From Candidatus Latescibacterota bacterium (GTDB lineage Bacteria; Latescibacterota; UBA2968; GCA-2709665): a DNA stretch of 64,000 nt. Below the pieces are notes generated by a model. It ran no database searches. It was not told the origin of the DNA and saw only the letters and a program-made list of their open reading frames with translations. Location of the stretch: NCBI GenBank assembly GCA_965208835.1, contig OZ242358.1, forward strand, positions 3,424,001 through 3,488,000, in the 5' to 3' direction. The translations under genes and the position numbers were made by a program. Shown in pieces: positions 35,870-45,085 of the stretch. The number at the start of each line of letters is the position of its first letter. Positions within the stretch are counted from its first letter, which is position 1.

Positions 35870-38728
35870 TTACTGTCTTGCGAGATTCAGATCCAGTAGC
35901 AACTTTAACGCTTCTTCTTCGGAAATATCATTGTCCCAGCCATATGCTGCGGCTACAGCCGTATCAAGCCCTGCATGTGCGTCGGCGAGCCATTGGGGAC
36001 GTGCGTTGTAAAGGTTTGTCAACGTGCGTTTCTTAAGTTCCTTAGCTGCGACTTCATCGCGTGGTATCGGTCGCGTGGGATAACCGGGAACCGGTTCGTC
36101 GACCCATTCCACCCACTCTGGCGGATTAAGCCATCTGTCGCGGAGTTCGACCAATCGTCTTGCTGCATCGGCGATGGCGATTGCACGAGTTTCATTAGCG
36201 TATTTTGATACGGCAACGTCGGGCGAGAGCCCCGCGGGAAAGGGATAGGTCTCGAATGTGGTGGTCGGCGTATAGCGAGGATCGTTGCCTTTTCCAAGCC
36301 ACGTGCCGAGCCGCAGTGACCATATTTCGTGAAAGCGGCTATGCAGAATGCCGAAGGTTGTGTCGTCGTCACGCGCGACAACTATCAATGCGTGGTCGGG
36401 ACAGATGCGTACGTCGCGCCAGTCGAACAATCGGTGTTTGGATACGCAAGGCGTGGCCATGTAACGCGATATCCCAGCGAACGCACGCCACATACCTGGT
36501 CTCGGCTCAACATGCCGCCACCAGTTCTCACGATAGGCTTCTCGGCGATTTCCCTTTCGCAACGGATAGACTCGTTCCTGTACCCATCGAAATGGCTCTT
36601 CGTATAGAGCTGCATCGGCGGCTGTCATCGACCACCCGAAGTCAATAATCCACTTGCCCGACGAACGTCTGGTTAGGTCCATTCCGTTAAACCACGGCTT
36701 GAGTACGTCAGCATTCGTACGTCCGTTTGGATTTGCTGGAAGATTGAGCCACTTTCTAGCTTGATCCCCTTCTATATCGAAGGCGCCACCCTTCGTATCA
36801 CCCATGAATGCGACGTTTGAGTTCTCCAAAAGGCGCCCGCCACTTGTGACATCCGCCCCGCGCCCAGCGGCACGCGACGTGAGATCCATAAAGATCTCGT
36901 CAACGCTTTCGCCATCAAGGCGTATCTCCGAAATGGCATTGTCATCAGCCCGCGTAAAACAAACGAGTGAAACACGTACATTCGCTCCGTCGATCACCCA
37001 CGGCTCGTCACTCCAGGCATCGAAAATCCTCCCATTGTCGGTCGCCGCACGCAGAGCACGGCGGTTAGCACCGCCGCGTATGGAGTTAGTGGCGACGAGA
37101 CCAACCCTCGTGGAAGTTCCGGAAGCGATCTGCTTACCCGCTTTCTGAAACCAGTAGCAGACAAGGTCGGCTTCCCTCGGAACGCGTCCGTCGTACGACG
37201 CAAACATCCGAGACACGTAGTTCTCACCGAGGTACGAAATTAGAAGCTTTCCGCCTAGAAACGGTGGATTTCCTATTATGACATCCGCATCAGGCCATTC
37301 CGATTCATCGCCATCCTGTGTCAAGATTGCGTCACGGCATTCAATGGTATTAAGTGGTTTAAGTACGGGACTTTCAGCCCAACCATACCCGTTTCGCCGC
37401 ATCCACTGGATCTCACCGATCCAAATCGACACGCGAGCTAACTCAGCGGCGAACGGGTTGATTTCTAATCCTTTAACGTTGGCGGGGCCAACCATCGGAA
37501 ACGAGCGCTGGAATTCGAATGCCTCGGCTTCAAGTTGAATCGTATGTTCTATATCCTTGAGAGCATGCAATGCGATGTAAAGAAAATTACCGGATCCGCA
37601 GGCCGGATCCAGGACGATGAACGATCGGAGCCGACGCAGAAAGGCGTCCTTGCGTTGCTCGGCCTGACGGCGATGTCGAGTTCGAGCAGAAGCAGACCGG
37701 GCAGTTTCCGATCGCTTCAACACATCTATAATCTCCCTCTTCTCCTTTTTCCACTCTTCCAACCATGGTCGAATTATCACGGGCTCGACGATGCTCATTA
37801 TCTTTTCTGGGTCTGTATAATGCGCTCCCAATTGCGCCCGTTTGTTAGGGTCCAAACCGCGCTCAAATAGAGTACCCAAAATAGAGGGATCAACTTCCGA
37901 CCACTCCAATTCCGCCGCACGCAACACCGTCTCGATTTCGGCCGGTTCCAAGTGCAATGTGGCACCGTCTTCGAACAAACCACCGTTAAACCACACGACC
38001 GGTTCAAAACCGACCTGTCCACCAGTTGCCATATTCCCAAATAGAACGCGAGACATATCGATGAATCGATCGGGGTGCTTGCGTGCTTGCTTCAACATTC
38101 GAGTAAAAAGGTTGTTTGGCAATAGACCCACGTCCTCGGCGAACATGCAGAAGACCATGCGATTCACAAAATGCGCAACTGCTTGCGGCTCATGGCCACG
38201 TTCTCGTAAGGTCAGAGCCACCGCCGCAAACGCCGTCGCGGCGCGCTCGGTCAGATCCTGTCTGGTCTCATCAGGACGCAGTCGATCGGGATCGGAAAGT
38301 GCCCATTTGAGCTGTTCGCGGACCTCGGCATCGATCAAGTCATCGATTTCGAACTCGTATGTCTTGCTGACACTGTTCGTCCAATGGGTACGAATCCGGA
38401 ATCGGTGCATGTCCGACACGATCAATAGGGGCGGGTTCTCCAAAGCCAAAGCGTATTGCCGAAGTTGTGTGAATGCCGCGTCCAAATTCGCGTGGAGACC
38501 CTTGTACTCCCACGCGAAGCAATGTCGCTTCCATACGTCGGCCCAACCATCGCCGCCGGTTTCCTTAATAGCGCCCTTCTCAAAGCAATACGTCTCACCA
38601 GTTGGGTCGGCTTCGACCGGCGTCGGTTCGCCGACCAACCGGCACACGTCGATAAAGTGCTCCTGGGCAGCTGAGCGTTCCTTGAGTTCGACGTCACGCC
38701 ATTTGGTTATAAATTCTTGAGGAGTCAT
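35870..38728 (-). CDS. MmeI-like type IIL/IIG restriction-modification fusion (nuclease + N6-adenine methyltransferase + target recognition domain)
   Basis: N-terminal ERSAAQEHF...WADVWKRHCFAWEYKG nuclease-like motif, GAHYT, LDPACGSGNFL (motif I), GNPPF (motif IV), C-terminal RYTPTTTFETYPFP and LTNLYN. Confidence 0.9.
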   Translation of the reverse strand: MTPQEFITKWRDVELKERSAAQEHFIDVCRLVGEPTPVEADPTGETYCFEKGAIKETGGDGWADVWKRHCFAWEYKGLHANLDAAFTQLRQYALALENPPLLIVSDMHRFRIRTHWTNSVSKTYEFEIDDLIDAEVREQLKWALSDPDRLRPDETRQDLTERAATAFAAVALTLRERGHEPQAVAHFVNRMVFCMFAEDVGLLPNNLFTRMLKQARKHPDRFIDMSRVLFGNMATGGQVGFEPVVWFNGGLFEDGATLHLEPAEIETVLRAAELEWSEVDPSILGTLFERGLDPNKRAQLGAHYTDPEKIMSIVEPVIIRPWLEEWKKEKREIIDVLKRSETARSASARTRHRRQAEQRKDAFLRRLRSFIVLDPACGSGNFLYIALHALKDIEHTIQLEAEAFEFQRSFPMVGPANVKGLEINPFAAELARVSIWIGEIQWMRRNGYGWAESPVLKPLNTIECRDAILTQDGDESEWPDADVIIGNPPFLGGKLLISYLGENYVSRMFASYDGRVPREADLVCYWFQKAGKQIASGTSTRVGLVATNSIRGGANRRALRAATDNGRIFDAWSDEPWVIDGANVRVSLVCFTRADDNAISEIRLDGESVDEIFMDLTSRAAGRGADVTSGGRLLENSNVAFMGDTKGGAFDIEGDQARKWLNLPANPNGRTNADVLKPWFNGMDLTRRSSGKWIIDFGWSMTAADAALYEEPFRWVQERVYPLRKGNRREAYRENWWRHVEPRPGMWRAFAGISRYMATPCVSKHRLFDWRDVRICPDHALIVVARDDDTTFGILHSRFHEIWSLRLGTWLGKGNDPRYTPTTTFETYPFPAGLSPDVAVSKYANETRAIAIADAARRLVELRDRWLNPPEWVEWVDEPVPGYPTRPIPRDEVAAKELKKRTLTNLYNARPQWLADAHAGLDTAVAAAYGWDNDISEEEALKLLLDLNLARQ

Positions 38729-38846
38729 GGTGATTAAGGCCGCCGCCGATTTGGAGGTGATTCCAGTGGAGTGGAGTCCTTGAGGATGAATTCGGTCACA
38801 AACAAGAAACAGCTGCATTGAGAATCATCTTTGAGCCAATAATCGA

Positions 38847-38972
38847 TCAGAGATTCTCAAGATGCGCTTTCAATTCTACAGCTAAATCCTGGGCTTCTTC
38901 GTTCGAAAGGTAGGGTGCCTTAATCGTCGAAGCCCAGTTTTCCAAAGGGCAACGGTTTTTGTTGTCAAACAT
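38847..38972 (-). CDS. Possible 41-aa ORF overlapping the GmrSD stop
   Basis: ATGTTTGA overlap; MFDNKNRCPLENWASTIKAPYLSNEEAQDLAVELKAHLENL. Confidence 0.3.
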   Translation of the reverse strand: MFDNKNRCPLENWASTIKAPYLSNEEAQDLAVELKAHLENL

Positions 38973-40911
38973 CCACGTACTTCAGTTTATATATTTCATT
39001 TGTGCCCGACAGGCTATCTAGAGTTACCGCTTTAACTGGTCTGCTGGTGCCATCGACCCGCCACCGAGCCAGCGCAAAATTCACGTATTTTTCCTCATGA
39101 AAATCCAGGAATTTTGCATAGACTTCGTACCAATATCTCCTCGTCTTTCTCTTCCATCCCCTCCGCTTCAATTCTTCTCTCGCATCATAGAATAGGCCCT
39201 TCAATTCTCTGATCATTATCGTATCCGGAGCGTCCTCTATGTTTTCGAAATATTTCTCAACTTTTTCCTCAGGTGGTGTGTTTTGTATGCTTAAATTTAT
39301 ACGTTCTCTGAGCAATACAAAGTTCCCAAGACGCCGTTTGTTCACGTCAAGGCCACCATTGTTGAGATAACTTGACTCAAAAATTCCATGAGGATCCTTA
39401 TCCTTTACTGCCCAAATGTGTTCAATAGTATAAAAGTCGTTCGGTCTCAGGTCATCTCTTGGTGCCAGTTTCTCAACCAGCGTTTCCCCACGTTTCTCCA
39501 AGCGTTCCAGATTCCCCTCATAACTTGCAAGGAAGTATTTCAGCCATCGCCAAGAATAGTAGTCTCCTGACTCATCGTGATCCAATGTCAGGTACTTGAC
39601 CATTTTGGGGTCGTTGGCTTTAGAATTCACGAATTCGCGCAATTGCTTATCGAGCCAAGATGCATCTATCAGTGTAAGGTCCGCGCGGGTACTTGAGTGA
39701 AGGTTGTAGAACTCGTGTGCTAGCCTATATAACTCACCCTGTCCAGAGTCAGACCGTGAGGCAATGCCTGTTCCATAGAATCGAAAGTTAAGTTTTTCGA
39801 TCAGTCGCAGTAGATTAATTCTAGCTGAGAGTTCAGTTTCGCGACTAAATATCGCAAGAGTCAATGGGAGCACGGACGCCAACACGGGTTGATTTCCGAG
39901 ACGAGTCAGGCAGATTTCCTCATGCTGATCAAAAACGTCTTTTCTTGTGAAGAGCTTGCGATAGGTATGTGCAGATTCTTCAAGAAACGAGACGAAGTTG
40001 TCGAGAGACTTCCAATTGCCCTTTTCTGTGGTCGGGAAGTTGGCCTTTAGATTCTCGTAGACGTAAAAGCTTCTATTCTTGTTTGTGTCGTGAAATACGA
40101 TCCAGCAGTTACGAAGAAATGCGTTTTCGTCATCGTTGGATGTGAGATTGCAGCTATTTAGGTGGTCCAATATTCTCGGCCATTTTTTCAATACCGTGGA
40201 TCGTAGGTCTTGGATGTCATTTTTCTCTGAAAAGTACATCAGGTAGTTTTTGACCTTCTCCAGTTCACTAAGTTGCTTCCCCCGGTTGTTGATTACTTCA
40301 AACATGATTCCGATTTCTTTGGTCCTATTTGGGGCATACATCAGGAATCCAAGTTTAGTAGTCACATAATCATAAACTTCAGTGATTGTTTCTTCATCAC
40401 TGTATTCTTGAAACCATCGTTTAAACTGAGCAAACGCGTCAACGATGTTCTGGTCCCCCTTACTATTGGCAATTACCCTACACTCTGGGTCATTATCCAA
40501 TTTCTGAAACAGTTCATGGTGGTCGCTCGATAACTTAAACTTGGGACGAGTATTTCCGGCTTCGCTGCCTTCTTCGATGTAAAAACGCCTTAAATTCCGA
40601 GGCGCCTCTTTGTTGATGCGTCTAAAGGCGTGAGCCAGGCAAGACAGGAGAATTATCAGAGTCGTCAGCCGCTGTTGACCGTCAACTATTTCATAGACAT
40701 CACGATATTGCGATTTGGCAACAACCAACGTCCCAATGTAGTGGAGATAACCTCCTTCTATCCCATATGTAATGTCCTTGAGCAAGTCTTCGCGTTGATG
40801 CTCCTCCCAAGAGTAACCGCGCTGATAGTCGGGGATTGTGAACGACCTCGTTCCCTCAGCGAAAACCTCCTTCAACGAGAGCAATTTAAGGCGTTCTTCA
40901 CTAGTGGACAT
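38965..40911 (-). CDS. GmrSD-like type IV restriction endonuclease (DUF262 + DUF1524/HNH)
   Basis: IPDYQRGYSW, IVDGQQRLTT, FEVINNRGKQLS, C-terminal TIEHIWA...RLGNFVLL...N. AT-rich. Confidence 0.88.
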   Translation of the reverse strand: MSTSEERLKLLSLKEVFAEGTRSFTIPDYQRGYSWEEHQREDLLKDITYGIEGGYLHYIGTLVVAKSQYRDVYEIVDGQQRLTTLIILLSCLAHAFRRINKEAPRNLRRFYIEEGSEAGNTRPKFKLSSDHHELFQKLDNDPECRVIANSKGDQNIVDAFAQFKRWFQEYSDEETITEVYDYVTTKLGFLMYAPNRTKEIGIMFEVINNRGKQLSELEKVKNYLMYFSEKNDIQDLRSTVLKKWPRILDHLNSCNLTSNDDENAFLRNCWIVFHDTNKNRSFYVYENLKANFPTTEKGNWKSLDNFVSFLEESAHTYRKLFTRKDVFDQHEEICLTRLGNQPVLASVLPLTLAIFSRETELSARINLLRLIEKLNFRFYGTGIASRSDSGQGELYRLAHEFYNLHSSTRADLTLIDASWLDKQLREFVNSKANDPKMVKYLTLDHDESGDYYSWRWLKYFLASYEGNLERLEKRGETLVEKLAPRDDLRPNDFYTIEHIWAVKDKDPHGIFESSYLNNGGLDVNKRRLGNFVLLRERINLSIQNTPPEEKVEKYFENIEDAPDTIMIRELKGLFYDAREELKRRGWKRKTRRYWYEVYAKFLDFHEEKYVNFALARWRVDGTSRPVKAVTLDSLSGTNEIYKLKYVDV

Positions 40912-41612
40912 ATGAAATCCTCCCAATTTTAGTCTTTATCGGAATATTTCAGTAAATGTAGATTGCTTGAATAACCGAGCGTTTGACACAACTCTGTCCG
41001 ACGACTGGCTCGCCTTGGTAACACAGGAGCAAGTCCTTGCTTTGCCACAACCACACCCGTGTGATTCCAGACAGCTCAATGATGGAATCGAAGACCACAT
41101 CCCACGGCCGCTTGTCACCGGTTTTACGTTTAGCGTCACCTTCCACAAAATGAGAAAATACCGATCTTTACATAATTCGGTCAAGGCTTATTGTCTGACG
41201 GCAATATTAAGGGAATCAGACAGCGTGACAACGTCCTGCGTTGAAACCAGGAAATCGGATACTCCTGCTGCACGAACTCGCGTATCTGAATAGCAAACAG
41301 CCTTCTAATCGCCACCTCCAGTGACACCAATCGGCTGTCGATATGTACGATTCATCACGCTTCACACAGAGAGTAGCGCCGTTACCGATATTTCAGGCGT
41401 CCGAATTAGGCAAACCTCGCGGATGCGGCCAGACTGAATGCACAACTCAAGCACGTCGAACACTGATTGATTCAATGCAATCTAGCGTCTGGCTTTCCTG
41501 TCACTACGTACACAAGCGAGATCATCGGAAGTTTTCAGAACTAGCCATAACCTGTTAATTTCATTGCATTTTGTGAGTTTTTTGTCTATTTTCGACCTTT
41601 CGCGTTGACACA

Positions 41613-43010
41613 ATGAATCTGGGCATGCCCACAATGACCCGAAAAACCGCAGCCGGACTGATTCTCGCCATCCTTCTTCCGCTCGTTGTCATCCTGTATC
41701 CGGCAGACATCGATACCGTGCCACGTCTGGCGCTGGCGCTGTCTCTTGCCACGATCGTTCTATGGACATTCGAGCCCGTCCCCCTGGAATACAGTTCGCT
41801 GCTGATGATCGTCCTCTTCCCCGTCCTGGGGGTACTCCCGTTCGAAACCGCATTCGGGCCGTTCTCCAGCAAGACTGTCTGGCTCATCTTCGCCGGCATG
41901 GCCCTCAGTCTTGGCATCACGGAAACACCGCTGGGAACACGGATCTCGCGCCTCGTCCTGGGGCGCATCGGGAGCCTGAACGGGCTCATCCTCGCACTCC
42001 ACGTCCTGGGCATGCTTTCCGCGCTTCTCATCCCCTCGGGGGTCGTGCGAATCCTGATCCTGATGCCCCTCATCGTCACGCTGCTGCGTACGCTTGGTGA
42101 ACCGCCCGGATCACGGGTGAGCGCGGCGCTGATCCTCTCGCTGGCCTGTTCCACATACTACGGTGGCACCGGCGTTCTTACGGCTTCGGTGCCCAGCCTG
42201 GTGGTCTTCGGCGTCCTGGAATCCCGCGACATTACCGTTTACTGGGGACAGTGGACGTTGTATCTCTTTCCCGTTTTTTCTCTGTGCCGCGTCGCGTGCT
42301 GTTACGCGCTGATCCGTCTGCTATTGCCCTTGCGGGGTGCGGCACGCATCCCGTCAAAACCCCACATGGATGCCGACGTCCCCGATCGCGTTACGCCCGC
42401 TGAGAAGAAAACGCTGTGCATCCTGTTTGCGGGCATCCTGCTGTGGGCGACAGACGCGCTGCACGGCATCCATCCGGCCTACGTGGGCCTGGGTCTCGTT
42501 CTGGCCTGTTACCTCCCCGGATTAGGGCCCCTGCATCCCGACCTGCTGAAAAAGATCAACTTTCCGCTGCTCATCTACATCGCCGCGGCGTTCTCCGTTG
42601 GCCACGCGCTGGAAACCACCGGTTTCAGCCCCCTGCTCGCGAATCAGTTCACGGAGTGGCTGGGTCGTTTCGACGGCAGCCTGCTTACCCAGCTCGGTGT
42701 GCTTTCCGCCTTCATTCTGCCGTTCAATTTTATGGCGGACACGGCTGCCGTGGCCGCCATCCTCACGCCCGTCCTCCTGGATGTCGCCGCCCAGACGGGC
42801 ATGGCGCCGCTTCCCGCCGCACTGTGTATGGCCATTGTCGCAAGCTGCGGATTCTTTCCGTACCAGGCGGCGCCGTTCATCCTGGCGTACAGTTTCCGCT
42901 ACGTGCATATGGGCCAGTTCATCCGTCTCATGGTTCTCCTTGCGCTGGTCTCGCTCCTGTTACTCCTACCCCTCAACTTCCTCTACTGGCGGCTCATTGG
43001 ATTGATCTGA
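41613..43010 (+). CDS. SLC13/DASS family anion transporter
   Basis: VLWTFEPVP, WLIFAGMAL, LIPSGVVR, GVLTASVPS, FFPYQAAP; many TM segments. Confidence 0.85.
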   Translation: MNLGMPTMTRKTAAGLILAILLPLVVILYPADIDTVPRLALALSLATIVLWTFEPVPLEYSSLLMIVLFPVLGVLPFETAFGPFSSKTVWLIFAGMALSLGITETPLGTRISRLVLGRIGSLNGLILALHVLGMLSALLIPSGVVRILILMPLIVTLLRTLGEPPGSRVSAALILSLACSTYYGGTGVLTASVPSLVVFGVLESRDITVYWGQWTLYLFPVFSLCRVACCYALIRLLLPLRGAARIPSKPHMDADVPDRVTPAEKKTLCILFAGILLWATDALHGIHPAYVGLGLVLACYLPGLGPLHPDLLKKINFPLLIYIAAAFSVGHALETTGFSPLLANQFTEWLGRFDGSLLTQLGVLSAFILPFNFMADTAAVAAILTPVLLDVAAQTGMAPLPAALCMAIVASCGFFPYQAAPFILAYSFRYVHMGQFIRLMVLLALVSLLLLLPLNFLYWRLIGLI

Positions 43011-43024
43011 CGATCATGTCGAAG

Positions 43025-43154
43025 GCGGGAAGACGGGAGAGGGTAGACGTTAGAAGAAATCTTTGCCGCTCCGTTCCTCCTCTATGCCTCCGGCAAGAAT
43101 TGAAACCCAACGAGGCGGGTCATCTCTAACGTCTTACGTCTACCGTCTCACCGC
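43025..43154. repeat. Dispersed ~130-bp palindromic repeat, family B copy 2
   Basis: GCGGGAAGACGGGAGAGGGTAGACGTTAGAAGAA...TCTCTAACGTCTTACGTCTACCGTCTCACCGC; homologous to 7863-7991. Confidence 0.75.
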
Positions 43155-43203
43155 TTCTATCAACACGCCCACATTCGAATTAACGTCCACGAAAATTCAC
43201 GAA

Positions 43204-43245
43204 TCGAGGTTAACGCTTGACAAGCCTCGAGTGTACGGGTACCAT
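43204..43245 (+). promoter_or_regulatory. Sigma-70 promoter with an inverted repeat spanning the -35 box
   Basis: TTGACA (43217)-17 nt-TACCAT (43240); TCGAGGTT...AGCCTCGA flanks the -35. Confidence 0.6.
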
Positions 43246-43277
43246 CGTTCTTTCGTCCATTATCGTGGCAATTCCCA

Positions 43278-44906
43278 TTGGAGAACCCGATGAATGCAAT
43301 GCGAATCAACGGAGACACGGCACTGGCCTGGGGCGCGATCGAGGCCGGAGTCAGCTGCATAACCGGCTATCCCGGTTCACCTGGCACCGGCACATTTACG
43401 GCACTGTCCGACACGGCGTCCGAATACGGCCACGATGCCGAATGGTGTCTGAACGAACGCATCGCTCTGGACGTCGCCGCAGGGGTCTCGCAGGGTGGCA
43501 AACGGGCGCTTGTGTGCATGAAGAGCGTGGGCATGAACGTGGCGCTGGACACCCTTATGGTCCTGAATATGACCGGGGTACATGCCGGGCTGGTGATCCT
43601 CATGGGCGACGATCCCGGCGCGTGGGGGTCGCAGAATGAACAGGACGGCCGTTTTTTCGCCCCCCTTGCAGAAATACCCATGCTCGAGCCCGCGACGCCG
43701 GCGGAAGGCCGGCGAATGATGCGTTGGGCTTTCGACTTCTCCGAGTCATTCCGTACGGTCGTAGTTCTGCGCATCACCCGGAGCTTCAGCGTCTGCGAAG
43801 CCGACCAGCCCCCGGTCCGCAGACCCGCGTCCCTTCACGCGCTGGCCCCGGACCGGGAACCGATGCGCTGGATTTCGTCCCTTTCAAACTGTATCCCCAA
43901 CCATCGGCGGCTCCATCGCAATCTCAAGGACATCTGCCGGACGTTCGAGGAGATTCCCTTCAACCGTATCGACGGCGCCGGAGAACTCGGCGTCATCGCA
44001 TCAGGATTCGTCCACACCAAACTTCAGGACGCGCTCGAAGGTGCGGATACGTCGGGACTCCGGCGCCTTAAGATCGGCTCCCTGTATCCCCTCCCCAGGA
44101 GCCTGATCACGAACTTTCTCAGGCACTGCGGGCAGGTCCTGGTGCTTGAAGAAGTGGACCCGTATCTGGAAGACAGCATCAAGACCATCGGGTACGACGG
44201 GCAGGTCACTCCGAGAATCCTCGGCAAACGCAGTGGACATGTGCCCGGAGAAGGTGAACTCTTTCGATGGCAGATTCAGGAAGCACTGACGGCCTGTCTG
44301 CCCGGTCTGGCTCCAAAGCGTGTATACACCGAAGCGGGCTGGGAGGAGGAAAAGCCATACCGAAAATCGCACTGCGCCGGCTGCCCGTACAATGAAATCC
44401 TCGCCGCGCTGCGTGAGGAAGCTGCCGCCCTGGGTCAGAACCCGTTCCTCACCGCCGATCCCGGCTGCGTTGTGATTGCCGCAAAATACCTCGACACCAA
44501 GCTGTGCATGGGATCCGCCGTCGGCGCGGCGCTGGGACTCCAGAAGGCAGGCGTGGGAGAACGGGCCGTGGCCATTACGGGCGACTCGGCCTTCTACCAC
44601 AGCAGCGTAAACGCGCTGATCCATGCCGGATCGACCGGCGCATATCTGTTGCTTGTGGTACTCGACAACGCCGGTTCACATACGACCGGAGGCCAGCCCA
44701 CCCCCGATCGGGGCGTCCCGGTCGCCGGAAAACCAGGTCCTGTCGTTGGCATCAACAATCTGGCCGCGGCCTGCGGCGTCGACTCGGTCTGGACGGTCGA
44801 AGAAACGGATCCTGAGTCACGGATGCGCGGAATCTTCCGGGAAGCGTTACAGACCGAAGGCCTCGGCCTGGTGACGATTCGAAGACGTTGTGAGCCGGTG
44901 GACTGA
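43278..44906 (+). CDS. iorA: Indolepyruvate:ferredoxin oxidoreductase alpha subunit-like
   Basis: GYPGSPG, NERIALD, MKSVGMNVA, DDPGAWGSQNEQD, CAGCPY, TPP motif GDSAFYHS...LDN, TTGGQPTP. Confidence 0.85.
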   Translation: MENPMNAMRINGDTALAWGAIEAGVSCITGYPGSPGTGTFTALSDTASEYGHDAEWCLNERIALDVAAGVSQGGKRALVCMKSVGMNVALDTLMVLNMTGVHAGLVILMGDDPGAWGSQNEQDGRFFAPLAEIPMLEPATPAEGRRMMRWAFDFSESFRTVVVLRITRSFSVCEADQPPVRRPASLHALAPDREPMRWISSLSNCIPNHRRLHRNLKDICRTFEEIPFNRIDGAGELGVIASGFVHTKLQDALEGADTSGLRRLKIGSLYPLPRSLITNFLRHCGQVLVLEEVDPYLEDSIKTIGYDGQVTPRILGKRSGHVPGEGELFRWQIQEALTACLPGLAPKRVYTEAGWEEEKPYRKSHCAGCPYNEILAALREEAAALGQNPFLTADPGCVVIAAKYLDTKLCMGSAVGAALGLQKAGVGERAVAITGDSAFYHSSVNALIHAGSTGAYLLLVVLDNAGSHTTGGQPTPDRGVPVAGKPGPVVGINNLAAACGVDSVWTVEETDPESRMRGIFREALQTEGLGLVTIRRRCEPVD

Positions 44907-44912
44907 GCGGCG

Positions 44913-44951
44913 CAAAAAAAAGGGATCGCCAGGGAGAGTGTCGAATCCCAT
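44913..44951 (-). terminator. Probable intrinsic terminator (imperfect stem)
   Basis: Minus strand GGGATTCGACA...TGGCGATCCC followed by a T run. Confidence 0.5.
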
Positions 44952-45085
44952 ACGAGCCCTTTAGAGACGAGCGTAATTCCGCGCATTAAGTGCGGACACG
45001 GGGCAGCTGGTGAACCCCTCTTCAATACATAAAACGTTCAGAAGCGGTCTTCAGAACGCGTGAAATACGTCCTGCTGTCCAGGTC

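Larger units (their letters stand above)
33420..41580. mobile_element. Horizontally acquired defence island (boundaries approximate, no integrase seen)
   Basis: AT enrichment from ~34.8 to 41.6 kb; restriction and toxin-antitoxin genes all on the minus strand. Confidence 0.6.

Noticed and set aside
40936-41560. Short ORFs upstream of GmrSD
   Set aside because: They overlap on both strands with no motifs or RBS; probably non-coding or decayed DNA.
33900-41580. Island as an integron cassette array or prophage
   Set aside because: No integrase, attC sites, tRNA att site or phage genes could be identified.
44940-44962. Minus-strand GGGCTCGTATGGGATTCGAC resembling a tmRNA 5' end
   Set aside because: It runs straight into a terminator; no tag reading frame, T-arm or CCA end is seen.
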